Position numbers and translations under genes: made by a program. The notes under the pieces were generated by a model that was not told the DNA's origin, did not search any database, and worked only from the letters and a program-made list of their open reading frames with translations. Shown piece after piece: positions 41,191 through 54,685 of a DNA stretch of 64,000 bases. This DNA is from Ancylonema sp. (lineage: Eukaryota), in NCBI GenBank assembly GCA_050230475.1, contig JBFLGF010000100.1, positions 1 to 64,000 on the forward strand, given 5' to 3'. Numbering within the stretch: the stretch's first letter is position 1; each line of letters begins with the position of its first letter.

Positions 41191-42571
41191 GTATGTTTGA
41201 TATCGCTTTACAAGATTCTTAGGTTACATACAAGGCCTACCGTTATGAAGATTGTATAACGACGTCTGGTGGTAGTTTCATGACTTTGTATGCCACATTT
41301 AAGGCGGATGTCAAGATCTCGAGAGTTTCTTTGGCCGGATCTCGAGAGTACATTTGGCGAGGGAAGAGAGAAAATATGAAAACTTTGTCGTTCTATCAAA
41401 ACAGTATTAGGGTTGCAAGTGACGTTGCATTCCGACATCCATCCAGATAATCATGATCCGAAACCATTTGACAAGATGAGGATCAACTAGGGGGTTGTCT
41501 AACACAAAAAAAACCTCGCACTTTTGTATAGATTCCCCAATCCCCGATACTGATTGGAGCCGGACCACGTGGAGCCGGATTAAATTTGGATCTGAATATT
41601 CGAACTGGTCCGAGCCCGCAAGGGTGGGGGGGGAAGAAGAAGAAGAGAAGAAAGAAGAGGGAAAACTCTTTCAAACACACACAATTTCTTGGGGCGTTGT
41701 ACTCTACAATCGGTGAAATGAAAGATTCGATTTTCGCCTCATGATTGATGTTCAGATTCGATGCCGTCAAGCACTGCTCACAGGTCCACTCGGGTCTATT
41801 ATGGGCTATGATTGGCAACGATAGTAGATTAGGGGCTATTATCGTCTTCAATTTGGGGCTCATATGATTGGAATAACATGGTGTATCAAGTAGATGGGGT
41901 GACGTCATGGACTGCCATATTCAATCGGGATAACGATTTGAAGAAAATAAAAGTCGAGGGAGGGGTTGGGTGAAGTGGAAACAAATTATCTGAGGACAAA
42001 TGTGGGGTATCATATTTGGTCGGTTTGCCCAAAAGCAACAAAACAAAAGTGAAAAACATATGTCTAATCCAACTACAGTGAAACCAACAAGAATTTTGTT
42101 TTGTCATGTTAAAGAAATAAATAAATATAGGATTAAAGAAATATAGGAATATTTTTCTTTTGCCGCCAAAACTCCCTCGACATAAGATATTGAAGCACGT
42201 TTAAGAGGCTTTATACATCGAGGTTTCGTTGTATCACTAAATGTTCCCAAAAAGCAAAACAAAAAAGCACAACAAAAAAGCAAAACAAAAACAAAACATA
42301 GCAAAACAAAGAAACAAGAAAAACCATTTTAAAAAAAAAGGAATTTCATACATGCTGTATAGAAACAAGTCGGATTCCAAAAGATCTACCGGGTTCTCAT
42401 TTCGTCTGGCCGAATATGACCTTAGCCGACATGGTTGAAGCATATTCGGGCTCCGCAACATGTACCAAAACGACGCTCGAGTTCAAATATGCAAGTGTGA
42501 TTAAACAATTATAATATGAAGAGCTTCCATCGCTAGGAGCCCCGGCTATATTTTACCAATATTTTGCTGAC

Positions 42572-44137
42572 TTATGTACCTATACGTTTTGACGTCTTTA
42601 TTGATGATCTCTTGTCCTCGGTCGCGGGTCTATGTTCGATAACTTCATCAATAAGGCCAAACTCGCAAGCTTGGTGTGGAGACATGAATTTGTCTCTTTC
42701 CATGGACTCCACTGCATTACAAGGGGAACAAGCATAAGTACTAAGGAGCACAGATATGGAAGGCCAAATGTTAGGCAAGGAAAGATAGAAGACAGCTTGA
42801 CATTTTAATCCGGCCCCCATACTATCAACTCAACTAGGCAACCAAATGGAGTATTGATCTTTCATGAGAGAAATTGGTGGGAGAAAACGGAGATGCTCAC
42901 CAATAATGTCTAGGGGTTTGCCGGTATGTCTACAATACAGAGCATTCAGTCGTGCTCTTGTCTCAATTATCTCTTGAGCATGAATGGCAATGTCAGATGC
43001 TTGGCCGCTGGCCCCCCCAGAGGGTTGATGTATCATCAGCCGAGCATTCGGAAGAGATCTCCGCTCTCCAACATCACCCGCCGTTAACAACAATGTAGCC
43101 ATAGAAGCAGCCTGTCCTACGCAGAGGGTGCTGATTGGACAGCGAACATACTGCACAGGAGAGGAGGAGTGGCAAACGGTTGCTGGATCCACAGAATATG
43201 TGCAACGTGTTAGTTTCACAACTAGTCCAAGTAGCGCAACTTATTTGTTGGCCATAATAATAATAATGCCATCTTTGAAACCCATGCTGCAATGTATTGA
43301 GTCGGACACCATCCCCATAGTTGATTACACATTTGCTCCGACGAACTGCAGACATCGCGTCAGAGATATCTCATCGGACATACGATCGGATGAGTATCCG
43401 TACAGTACCGTAAAGTACCATTTCAAACCTACACATGCCTGAGGGTGGCACACAAGCAGACCGAAGGTAAGACGATAGGACGGTAGGACTACGGGGTAAA
43501 GATCGAGGCCTTCAGTCTTATATTAGAAATTTTGGGATGTTAATCTTACTTGCATCGTATCGTAGATGGCCAGACCCGCTGTTACAAGACCTCCAGGCGA
43601 GTTGATGTAAAACGATATCTGTGATCCCCACAGTAGCAGCGGATTTGTTCAGAGACGCTGGGGTTAGTCAGTCGCTTATGTGAAGCCGGGAGGAATGAGA
43701 GGAATGTGAGGAATACACAGCACGCGGATCCACCAGCACCCGTTTTCAACTTTTAGTCCCAGTCCTTGGTGACAAAGAAGTAGCTTGAGGTCCCCATTTC
43801 CAGCTCCCAAATTTCTGTGGTATCTTGAACTCACTGGTTTTTCTGGCTGCTCAGATTCTAGAAACAGGATCTGTGCCACAACCACTGCAGCTGTGTCATC
43901 CCCGATTGCCCCATTAATCAGAATGATTCTTTCTTTGAGCAACCGCGAAAAGATGTCGTAAGCTCTTTCACCCCTCGCAGAATGCTCGATGACAATTGGT
44001 ACAAGACCGTAACCATAGGAGCTAAAGTTTCTGGCTCCAGGGCCAACTTTTCCAGAGCTAAAGTACAGACATGACTCTACAAGGGCCCTGCCACGAGAAA
44101 TCTGCGCTGCCAAGCTAGAAAAACGTGACGAATGCAT
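42572..44137 (-). CDS. CLPP2: ATP-dependent Clp protease proteolytic subunit, mitochondrial type
   Basis: Exons 44137-43835, 43618-43550, 43150-42901, 42711-42572. Motifs: [42 protein letters not shown] (Ser), MIHQPSGG (His), ERDKFM (Asp). Presequence ends in RNFSS. Confidence 0.95.
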
Positions 44138-44952
44138 TCAGAAGTGCGATTGCCCACTTCCGCGATCCACACTTCACGGCTCGAGCCGTATGCCTTTCCT
44201 TGCCACTCAAGTACAACTCAAGCGCTTTTGACAGGTAAGCGCATCTAAACGGCACTGAAACGGACGAACTTCATGGCCCTATTGAAGTCGCCCTCCCAGC
44301 GCAGTGGCGAGTTGCCTACTGAACTGCTGGAGCAGGTGGAAAAAGTTCCCAGTCCGGAACCGCGGGGGTATCCCAGCCTGGGAATACGGGGTTGAATTTA
44401 AATTCCGAATTTAAGACTTTCGTCCGAAGTTCTTTGAAGCTCCAAAATAAGTTCAAGTTTTGACCAGGTTTTTACTGGAAGTTAATGATAGCCAGGGTGG
44501 GTTACCCCAGGGGTCAGATTGACGTGTGCTCGATGGAGGCCATGGCCCACGCTCGAACTTATGGTTACCTGTTACCTGTCTCTGGTGGCACGGTGACTTG
44601 ACGATCAGCAGGTTACACCCCCAGTCCTAGCCAGCTGCCTTCCTGGCGATGGCTGCCCAGTGAGAAACGCATGCCGGTGAAAACAATGCTAATCATAGCT
44701 GCCCACCGTCCTATGACCGCTGGATGTGATCGCAATAACAATGAAAGCGAGAGAGAAAATTGATATCATAGAGGCTTCTCCTAAGGAAATCCTCATCGTT
44801 GTTGATCTCGGGTTGGATCCCTCAAGTTTTCATACTTTGTAGGATCGTATGGATTTGATGCCGGTAGGAATAATCGAAGCTTTCAAGTATTGTGTTTCTT
44901 CCAGTACGTAGCTTGAGGGGCTGCGTGTCTGCCAAGGTATAGGGGTGTCACG

Positions 44953-47928
44953 ATGAGCCTTGCATGCAGCAATGCCACCGGCTTCCATGCCCCAGCTGCA
45001 CAGCGAGTTCCAGTTTACGGTAAACCTTGCAGTTCTAGGAGTCCACGCTCGCGCCTCAGTATACACGACACTAGGTGCCCTGCTCTATTGAATAACTGCA
45101 GAGACCGCTCCCTTTCTGGCCACCAAGCGACACGGTGCGCTTGTTCAGATTGTACACCATGTGAAGTTACTCAAAGTCTCAGCATTCGAATAGGTCTTGG
45201 CGATGAAGGCTGTCCAGGGGTCATACCAGACAGGCAATGCAGCCGTCCATTCGGAGCAATTTCCTCCTCACTCAGGCTTCACTGCAAAGTCACAACAGGA
45301 TGGCATTATTCCAGGCGTCGCTCTGTTGTCGTCGCTGGAAGTTATGACGGGGCAGGGAGTGTTCCTTCAAGAGACCCGAGTGGAACAGGAATGAGTCAGG
45401 AATCAGATTCAGGGAAGCTGCCTGATACACGTGCAGCTCGCTTCAGCAAGGTCCGTGAATACGCCCGAGAATCTATCTGAACCAGTGGTGTTTTAGCTCG
45501 ATTGAGAAACGAGTATCCAGCAAACTGGTTAACCTCTGGTAGGTAGTAATCTGTGAATCATGCTTCTTGTTTCACGGTACCACCTCTATATATTTTCACA
45601 CGATCAAATAATGCAGTACCATTCATTTCCTAGATTCGAAATGTCGGTTTGCAAGTTGTTGAAGCGCTAACTTAAAAGCCTTTGAGTGTCACTGCCATTG
45701 GTTGCTGCTTTGGATGCCTGTTTTTATGTGAACAAAAAAGGCATACAAGCTGTTGACTCTGAAAGATGGGACCTGCCAGTGCTTGGCTGCTCAAGTCGCT
45801 CGACTGTCTGCCCTGAAGCATTCTGTGAAGTGTCGGTTCAGGTGAAGTGGGTCCGCTCCCTCCTGAAGCAGCCCAAAGCAGAGGAGAGTTGGTCGGTGCC
45901 GTGGGGTTTCGGCACCATCATCTTTGTGAGCAGCAACCTCAACTCGTTTTTCTCGGGCAGTGCCCTGTTTGTTGCTTGAGGAGGGGAAAATATTGAGCAG
46001 GATTTATAGATTTCAAACGGGAGGTACTGCACGGTGAATTGCTCTACAGTGTATCTGAATTGTATTCGAATTAATTATGTTGGTGAGGATATTCTTCTTT
46101 GTACATTACGGGTCAATCACTCTACTGAGTTTCACCAAACCACAACCCTTTTTGAAAGAGGACCAAAGTATGAGACGAAGACACTTTGATCACTGCGTTG
46201 TACTGCAAGGGTACTATATATGTTTAGGGTACTCGTTGACAGTAAAATTTGTTACATCGTTGAACTTGCTAGATGTTTCTGAACATGACAGGATTCATGA
46301 TGTTGTACAAGATCCCCACTCCTTGTCAACTGTATGTCATCGCATTGTTCCAGTGGTAGGCCATTTGATGGGTACTATCTATGTTCCACCCATCAGAACA
46401 AGAGCACATTCACCCTTGTACAAGAATAGGTGCAGAAGTAGGCCTTCGCTGTCATTCAAAGCACTTCCAAGAGGATGTTGAGCGGAACAGCAATATGCAC
46501 AGATGTCCAATTGCACGTGGATGGACGTGCACAGATTGCACAATTTTGCGTCGGTTTGGGATTATTATCTGGAGTTGCCCTCGGTAAACTTGTGCTATGT
46601 TTGTGTTTGTATGTCATGAAAATAGGTGAGGCTTGCATGGCGATGTTCATACATATATACTGACGTGTACCAGCACCAATATACACACACCAGTGTAATT
46701 ACGCAGTTTATTAAATGAACATATCCACATGATTGAGACTACATTACATGTACGTATGTACATATAAGTAAACACACAAGATTGAGTGTCACTGTCATTG
46801 AGTGTACGGCATGTCACTGTCCTTTCTGTCTGTCCATTAAAATCAGTTATAAGGAGGTGGTCAATCCACTGCAATGCTCAGAATAAAGTAGGTTATCCCC
46901 TCCTAGAAGTGCTGTGGGGCGTGCGAGTCGAAGGGTGTGGTCCAACTGCTGACTGTCTAATAAATCTGATTTCACCCTGTGGGAAATGCATTCGACAGAA
47001 TATTGGGCTGTACTGTGAAATGGGAGATCTGGGCTTCCCATGTCGTGTCACAGCTGAGAGCACACAGAAATTGAGTCAAGGATATGAGATGAGCGTATGG
47101 CTCAGATGGTTGTATAAGGCGTTTTTTTTTTTTTTTCTTGCAGCTCCAGGCTGTCACCTGTCGTGTCAATAGAATGTTCCCCCTTGCTACATAGTCTGGC
47201 CCACTTGGTTCGACCAGTTACTCATCTTGTCCTTCCTGTACCCCTGCCCCGTTTTCATGTGTGCACAGGTTATGATTGCGTGGTTTGTGGCCTATTGGTC
47301 CGTGGGTAGCTGGGGCATACCCATGGCTGCTGAGTTTATTGGATGCAATTTGGGAGCACTGGGGTTAAGGGGACAGGCAGTGTACAGTCTCGTGACGGAC
47401 ATCATCCATTCCGCGCTCGTGTGGTTTGTTTTGGGAAAGACGCTGCAAACCTATCGTCCGCTGCCCAAAAATTGGTTCCCCATTTCCTGGAAGGGACCTG
47501 GATACCTAGAAGCCGTTTTGGCGTGCTTTAGTTTTCCGATAGTCGTTTTTTTGTCCGAGTTGAATGTTCGCCTGGTACCCGGCCCCGTGTTCCCGACCAT
47601 GTTAGAGAAGTCCTTAGGGGCAAGAGATCCGGTAGCTATGGTTTTGTACGCGATAGTGGTGTCGGTGTTTGCGCCAGTGTGGGAGGAGTACTTGTTTCGG
47701 GGGTTTATGTTACCTTCTTTGACGCGATATATACCTCCATGGGGTTCCGTAGGTGTATCCGCTCTCTTTTTTGCGCTTGTACATGGGCAACTACAACGGG
47801 TGTTCCCGTTATTCTTTTTAGGGGTGATCATAGGCATCGTGTTTATACGGTCCAAAAATCTGTTAGCGGCCATTCTGTTGCATAGCTTGTGGAACCTATT
47901 TGATTTTGTAACATTATTCTCAAATTGA
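44953..47928 (+). CDS. CPBP/Abi (type II CAAX) intramembrane metalloprotease-like, probably plastid-targeted, ~413 aa
   Basis: Exons 44953-45450, 45842-45925, 47269-47928. Motifs EEYLFRG, FALVH and HSLWN, plus WSVPW. Long Ser/Arg-rich N-terminus. Confidence 0.88.
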
Positions 47929-48623
47929 AAGATGAGCTGAGAGGTGCACGGTGCAAGCCAATGACATTTGGACTTCGGATTGAGTATTTGTCAGTGTGCT
48001 TAATATGAGACCATTGATTTTGATTACCTTCGGTAGTGTGCATGCGAAAGAGGGTGATATTTACCTATGGTTCACATTCAATTGCTCATCCACTCGTGAT
48101 GGTCCTTGCACGTGCCCACATTTGTGGAGCTTGGCGTACACAAAAGTTGACCTTACCAAGATTGGTCATTGATCTCCAGCCTATAGAAAGCAATGCTGGT
48201 ATACTCAATGGTGAGATGCTCAAAGGTTGGCCGCGTCGCGGACAAATATGGGCCGAAATGTGTGGGGGCAATTAGGATTTCGAAACGTGTATTGATGCGG
48301 GTATTTGCGGTACATGTTACGTATTAACCCCAATGGATACCAACCTTTTTAAGAGCCGCGGTCCGCCCGGGTCCGAGGTCGGGACTAGGATCGTGTGGTT
48401 CTTAGGATTTTTATTCACACGGTTTAGTTTTAACATTCAGTGGTTGTGGCGGGGTTTTTTTTTTTTGCCTTCTTGTTGTTCTCTTTTTTCCCGTTTGTTG
48501 TAGAGTGCACAAGACAAGTTGATTCGGGAGATCATTTTTTCCGGATGTGTTCCTCCACGCAAACCCAGTGGAACCCTAAAATAAAGATAGGAAGTACCAT
48601 ACTATCGCCGGTCTGGCATCTGG

Positions 48624-51600
48624 TGTTAGTTTTTAGGGGCTGTGAACTTTTGTCGTTTTAGCTTTAGTTTTGTCGTTATTCAGCAAATGCAGGCTGCAGG
48701 CAGGCTGCAGGCCGGCTGCAGGCCGATGTCCTTGTTTCAATGATTACTTGGCCCTCTGGCACAAGTGTCGATAAGAACTCGTTGATGTGGCAGAATGCTT
48801 AGATATGATTGGCAGTTGACGAAGTAGTTTCGATACCAATAGATTCTTTGACCAGGCAACAATCGACTGTACTAGGTCTGAGCTTGTATGCTGAATTCCT
48901 ATCAGACTTTTCTACTTCAAACTTGCACTTTTGTTGTGGTGTCAACGTTTGTAATGACGTGATCTGTCGATTCAAGAGTTGTCTGAGAATTGTGCTTTAT
49001 TCTTGCATTGATAGCAGAAGAAAGCACTCACAGTGGTATTAGAGCACGATACTGCATTCTGGATGGAGATAAAGTTACCTTTCAAGCATGGAGATCTAAG
49101 GCCTCAGCTACTCTTGATGATGCTGAGTGCCTTGAGATCAAAGGAACAGAGACTATCCCAACTGAGGTTACAGCCAGATATGATGATGAACACTGGCCAA
49201 CAAATGAAGCAGAAATGAAGCAGTATACACTTGATGTCAGAAGCTTCCGCAAACGACCAAAGAAGGCAGTCATGCTACTCATGCAATTTGTCAGTGACGA
49301 CATCGCTACATCACTTGAACAATTTGAACGAGATGCAAAGGCGATGTGGGACTATCTGACAGAGGAGTATGACAAGGTGTCTCCAGAACTTCGACAGATT
49401 GCAAAAGAAAAGCTGAACTCTTTCAAGATCGATGAAAAGATGCCAGTCAGAGAAATCAAGAATACTTTTCTGTCGATCATCAGAGAGTGTGTACATCAAA
49501 AAATTACAGTCAGCGCAGAAGATCAGGTGATGGCATTGTTTGCTGGCATGTCAAGAACAAAATACGGCATGTTGAAGAAGCTGTACTATGGGCAGAAAGA
49601 GGCACCTGGGATCAGCTGGATCTGGGGGCAGATGGGAATGGATGAGCTGGACGACAAGAAAGAAAAGGATGTCAAAGATGCTGAGGCACTAGTTGTAGAG
49701 GCAAACTATGCTAAGTGGAGCCAAGGCAGAGGTGGTGGTATCGACAATCGTGGAGGCAGGGGTACATTCAGGGGGTATTCAGCAGATAATCGTGGAATCA
49801 GAGGTGGTCTCGTGGAGGCAGAGGTGGACAGTGGATCAAGTGGAGGACATTCCTGCTATACTTGTGGAGAGACAGGTCACTACAGCAGAGACTGCTCCAA
49901 GAAAAACGAAGAATGCCGATATTGTGGAGCCATTGGTCATGTGGAAAAGTTAACATGTTTCGACAAGAAAAAAAACGAAGCTCCACGAATGCAGAGAAGA
50001 AAGGGGGTACGCACTGGGAGAAAAACAGCTTTCGTTGGCGAAATCGATGAGGGGAAGAGCTGTGGTCATGCAGAAGCTATCATCGCTGAAATCTTCTATG
50101 GAGGAAATGTTGCAGATAATGATGATGATGCGGAGAAAAATTTCCTTTTCGACGATGGTTCCAGTCACCATTCCTGTGGACCAAAAAAATCTTTTCAAAA
50201 CTCGAAGACATTCCACACGAGGTCATCATGCATCATCTGGTGGGAAGTGTGCGAGTGAAGCATTGGGGAACAATTGAGTTGAATACTGAGGGAGAGTGTG
50301 GAGGAGTAACACTCAAGAAATGTTTGTACATTCCTGGGATGCGCATTAATTTGTTCAGCGGTCAGAAAGTCAGAGAAGCAAGGTGGTCTTACACTTGCAG
50401 TGGAAAAGCTGGTGGCATCATTCATTCCAGTTTACAACAAATTTGGACAACAAGTCTGCACTCTGCAAGAAACAAACATCGACAGGTCGAAAAACTATAA
50501 TCTGCACACTGGTTCGGCTTCAGCAACTTAGTGAAGGGGAAGCTCTTGTAGCTGCTGTCGAAATCAACCTCCTGCACACAAGACTTGGGCATGCAAATGA
50601 GAGAGTGCTCAAAAATGTGGCACGACAACATCTTGTACGAGGACTGGAAGGAGGCATCTCAGGAGTTCTGCAAAACTGTGAAGGGTGCAAGCTGGGGAAG
50701 GCACACGACAAACCTCATCCTCGACGAGAAGCTGGTGCAGGAGAACAAGTCTGCCTGGGAAGAGTGTCGGTGGACTTGGCAGGGCCGTTCAATCCAGCAT
50801 CAATAGGGGGAGGAGTGTACAACATGGTGCTCGTCGATGAATACAACCGAAAATCCTGGGTGGAAATACTTCGCTGCAAAGATGATGCAGCTCCTCGTCT
50901 GAAGCAATGGATCGCAATCTGGGAAAGACAAGCTGGGAAACCTGTTAAAAATCTGAGATCAGATCGAGGAGGAGAGAGTTTATCGATGGTGATCTGCAAA
51001 AGTGGCTCAAAAATAGAGGCATCAGACATGAGACAACTCCCGCCAAACACTCCTCAAGACAATGCAATCACAGAGCGCATGAATCGTACGTTGCAAGACG
51101 GGGCTCGCTCTATGCTTTTGCACATGCAACTTCCTCCTGGTCTGTGGGCAGAAGCAATCTCCTTAGCTTCATATCTCAGAAATCGATGTCAAGTCAGCGG
51201 TCTTCCAAGGACTCTAGAGGAGATGTGGTCAGGAGAGGTTCCAAAGGTTGATCATCTTCATCATTCGGCTGCAAAGTTTATGTGCGACTGGAGAAACAAG
51301 ATCGGGCTGGCTGGGAAAATGAGTGCGCTGGCTTGGTGGTGTGTTAGTTGGATGGAATCCCGACAGTCCTTGCTTGCTACCGAGTCTGGGATCTTGCTTG
51401 CAACGAACAAAGTACACAACTTTGGCACTGGTCATGCAGACTTCGATGAATCTGTCAAGCAAAGCTGGTGGAGGGGACAAAAAATTGGCAAGAAGGCAAG
51501 AGTGCATGAGCATGAGCCAGTTGCAGAAACAAAAATGTCATGGCCAGATCTGGATGCAGCTGATCAAGGAGGGGGTAGTGTTGGTCTTGGAGGTGTCATT

Positions 51601-54041
51601 TTTGGAGGTGGGCAACCTGCCTATGGCGATCCAAATTCTGTCGATGAAGAGAGCCCTTATGCTGTCGGAAATCCATTGCCACAGCTTCCGAGATCTCCTC
51701 TTCCTCAGAGTGCAGATCTTCCAGAACTTGTCAGCAATTCTAGTGGAGTCGATGAAGACGAAGATCATCTGGAAGATGGTCAAGAATGGTATCCAGATGA
51801 TGCTACTCCTTTTAATCCACTTGGCGTGAACGACAACTTTCCAGAAACTTCTATCGATGATCCTGAGCCTATTCGTCGATCTGCAAGGGAGAACAGAGGA
51901 ATGCATCCCAACAGATTTGCTGCTGCTGCATTTGTTGCCAACTTGGAAAGTGAGATAAAGACACCGACGACTGTTGAGGAGGCTCTTAACAGCCCGCAAG
52001 CAGCTCAGTGGAAAGTAGCAATGGCTGCAGAAATGACAAGTCTACAAGAAAACCAGGTCTATCGACTTGTGCCAAGGCCGAAGGGGAAGAAAGTTGTGAA
52101 GTCAAAGTGGGTGTTAGGATCAAATTCAATGCAGATGGTTCTGTAGAAAAATACAAAGCCAGAGTTGTGGCTAAGGGGTTCAGTCAAGTAGAGGGAGAGG
52201 ACTACGATCAGACCTTTTCTCCAACTGTTCGTTTTGAAAGCATTCGCCAACTTGTCGCCCATGGGAGCTTCCAAGGGTCTACACATGCATCAGATGGATG
52301 TAACGACAGCTTTTCTCTATGCACCGCTGGAAGAGGAGGTGTACATGGCGGCCCCTGACGGCACGTGTGGGCCTGGTGAAGCATATTTGGTGTGGCTACT
52401 ACTCAGGTGCTTGTATGGCCTCAAGCAGGCACCGAGAGGATGGAATCAGCACATCGACGACGTGCTGAAAAGCTTGCAGTTTCATCGTCTCGCTTCAGAT
52501 TTTGACCTTTATATTCTGGGAGCAGGGCCAGAAGCACTCTACTTGGCGCTCTATGTGGATAATGTGTTTCTCCTCTGCATCAGGCTGGATGCTATTTTTG
52601 GGGTGAAAAGAGGGCTGGGAAAGAAGTATAACATGAAAGACTTGGGGGAAGCAAAATTATTGATGGGGCTTGAGATTCGACGGCAGTCTGATGGAAACGT
52701 GTTTTTAGTGCAAGAGAAATATGCCAGAGATCTCCTCACCAAGTTTGGGATGCAAGATTGCAATTCTGCTTCTACTCCTCTTGAGCTGGGTGTCAAATTT
52801 TCTGCAAACTGTGAATCTGCTTCTGAATCTGCTGGAATAGAGGGTGTGGGCTACAAGTCTGCAATGGGCAGTTTGCTATATCTCACTTCTGGAACAAGAC
52901 CTGATTTGGCAACTGCTGTTAACTCCTTGTGTCGATACAGTCAACAGCCAGGGGACAAGCATTGGGAGGGGGTAAAGAGAGTTTTGGGATATCTCAAGGG
53001 AACTGTCAATTTGGGGCTGATGTATAAGAAAAGAGGTGATTTGCCAGTCATTGGTTACTCAGATGCGCTAGTCATGGTGATGACGTCGACACTAGGAAGG
53101 GGAGAACTGGCTATGTCTTTCTTAGTGGAGGAGCTGCTGTGAGCTGGAGAAAAGTGGTCTCCTGGAGACAGTCAGACACTCAAGCTGTGAGAGTGAGTAT
53201 TTGGCATTGAGTGTTGCTCGAAATGAGGCCATTTATTTGAGCCAGATGCAAAAGGAGTTGGGTATTGGTATTGGTGGGGGGAGTGTGCTATTGCTGGGAG
53301 ACAATGATTTGAAACTTGCTGAGAATCCTGTTTTTCACAAGCGCTCCAAACACATAGAGATCAAGTATCATTCCATTCGAGAGAGGGTGTCCAAGAAAAA
53401 GATCAATCTACAGTTTGTCAAGAGTGAAGACCAGGCTGCTGATATGCTGACTAAACCAGTGTCTGCCCAAGGTGTTGAAGAAAAAATGTGATCTAGTGGG
53501 GTTGGTGTATGAAAAATAAATTGTCGACTTGTGTTTTGTAAAATCGATATCGTTTTGGTTATCGTTTTTGGAGGGGGAATACAAAAAGACCCAGGGAGGG
53601 GGTGTTAGTTTTTAGGGGCTGTGAACTTTTGTCGTTATATCGATTTTAGCAATACCGGGAATTTAGCTTTAGTTTTGTCGTTATTCAGCAAATGCAGGCT
53701 GCAGGCAGGCTGCAGGCCGAGCTGCAGGCCGATGTCCTTGTTTCAATGATTACTTGGCCATCTGGCACAAGTGTCGATAAGAACTAGTTGATGTGGCAGA
53801 ATGCTTAGATATGTTTCAATATCAGTAGATTCTTTGACCAGGCAACAATCGACTGTACTAGGTCTGAGCTTGCATGCTGAATTCCTCAATCAATACTTTC
53901 TTTCCTTAATCAGACTTTCTACTTCAAACTTGCACTTTTGTTGTGTCAACCGTTTGTAATGACGTGATCTGTCGTCAAGAGTTGTCTGAGAGAATTAATT
54001 GTGCTTTATTCTTGCATCGATGGCAGAAGAAAGCACTCACA
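48624..54041 (+). mobile_element. Full-length Ty1/copia LTR retrotransposon, frameshifted
   Basis: 5' LTR 48624-49032 and 3' LTR 53603-54041 (TG…CA), TSD TCTGG (48619-23 / 54042-46), PBS TGGTATTAGAGC (49034-45, one mismatch to tRNA-iMet PBS), PPT AGGGAGGGGG (53593-602). Domain order: gag with CCHC knuckles, protease, HHCC + DDE integrase (VDLAGP, RSDRGGE, ERMNRTL), RT (QMDVTTAFL, LYGLKQA), RNase H (HKRSKHIEIKYH). Confidence 0.97.
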
Positions 54042-54685
54042 TCTGGGCCTGGCCTGATAGGACGGACCCCAGTCCGTTCGTGGCTGGCCGGACCCAGACC
54101 CGTGGTTCAGGTAACTATGACGTGTTGTCTCTACGTACGTGACTATATTTGGAAAATTTGTGGTCTACAAAAGTGGTTTTTGACACGAGTTCAAGGTTCG
54201 AATCTTAACGGTTGCACACAATCATTAAAAAATACATTAAAAATAAAATCAATTTGATTATTTTTTTTGGTTTGTAATTCCCGTCGGACGTTTGGATTCC
54301 GAACACGTGTTCCGATATTCAAGAATGGTAAGAATTATTTCAACTTCTACTTCAGCAGTTCGGGTCCGCCTATGGTCGGCCAAAACGTTGTCATAGATTA
54401 ATCGGAAAATCTAGGTACTTCGGTTTCTATCACTAGCCAGGCTTTGCTATCACTAGGTTGTCAATCCATGGCATGGTGTACAAATTTCTCTGGAGTGTGG
54501 AGGCATGCAAAGGCTGTTCAAATAATTATTACGAGGGTGGACGACCCAACTAGAACATAGCAAACCAAACATCTTCTTCCGACACGTACGCAATTGTATG
54601 AAGACAAGTTAGGTCATGTTGTCCTAATGTCGGCGTTGACCAATTGTGATGCTCCATGAACTCAACTTCTAGGTTGATCCATGCC

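Noticed and set aside
42170..42235. CCCTCGACATAAG and ATCGAGGTTTCGTTGTA, resembling a pogo-like right end
   Set aside because: No matching left TIR found.
54155..54220. GGTTCGAATCT B-box-like motif (tRNA or SINE)
   Set aside because: No convincing A-box spacing or cloverleaf.
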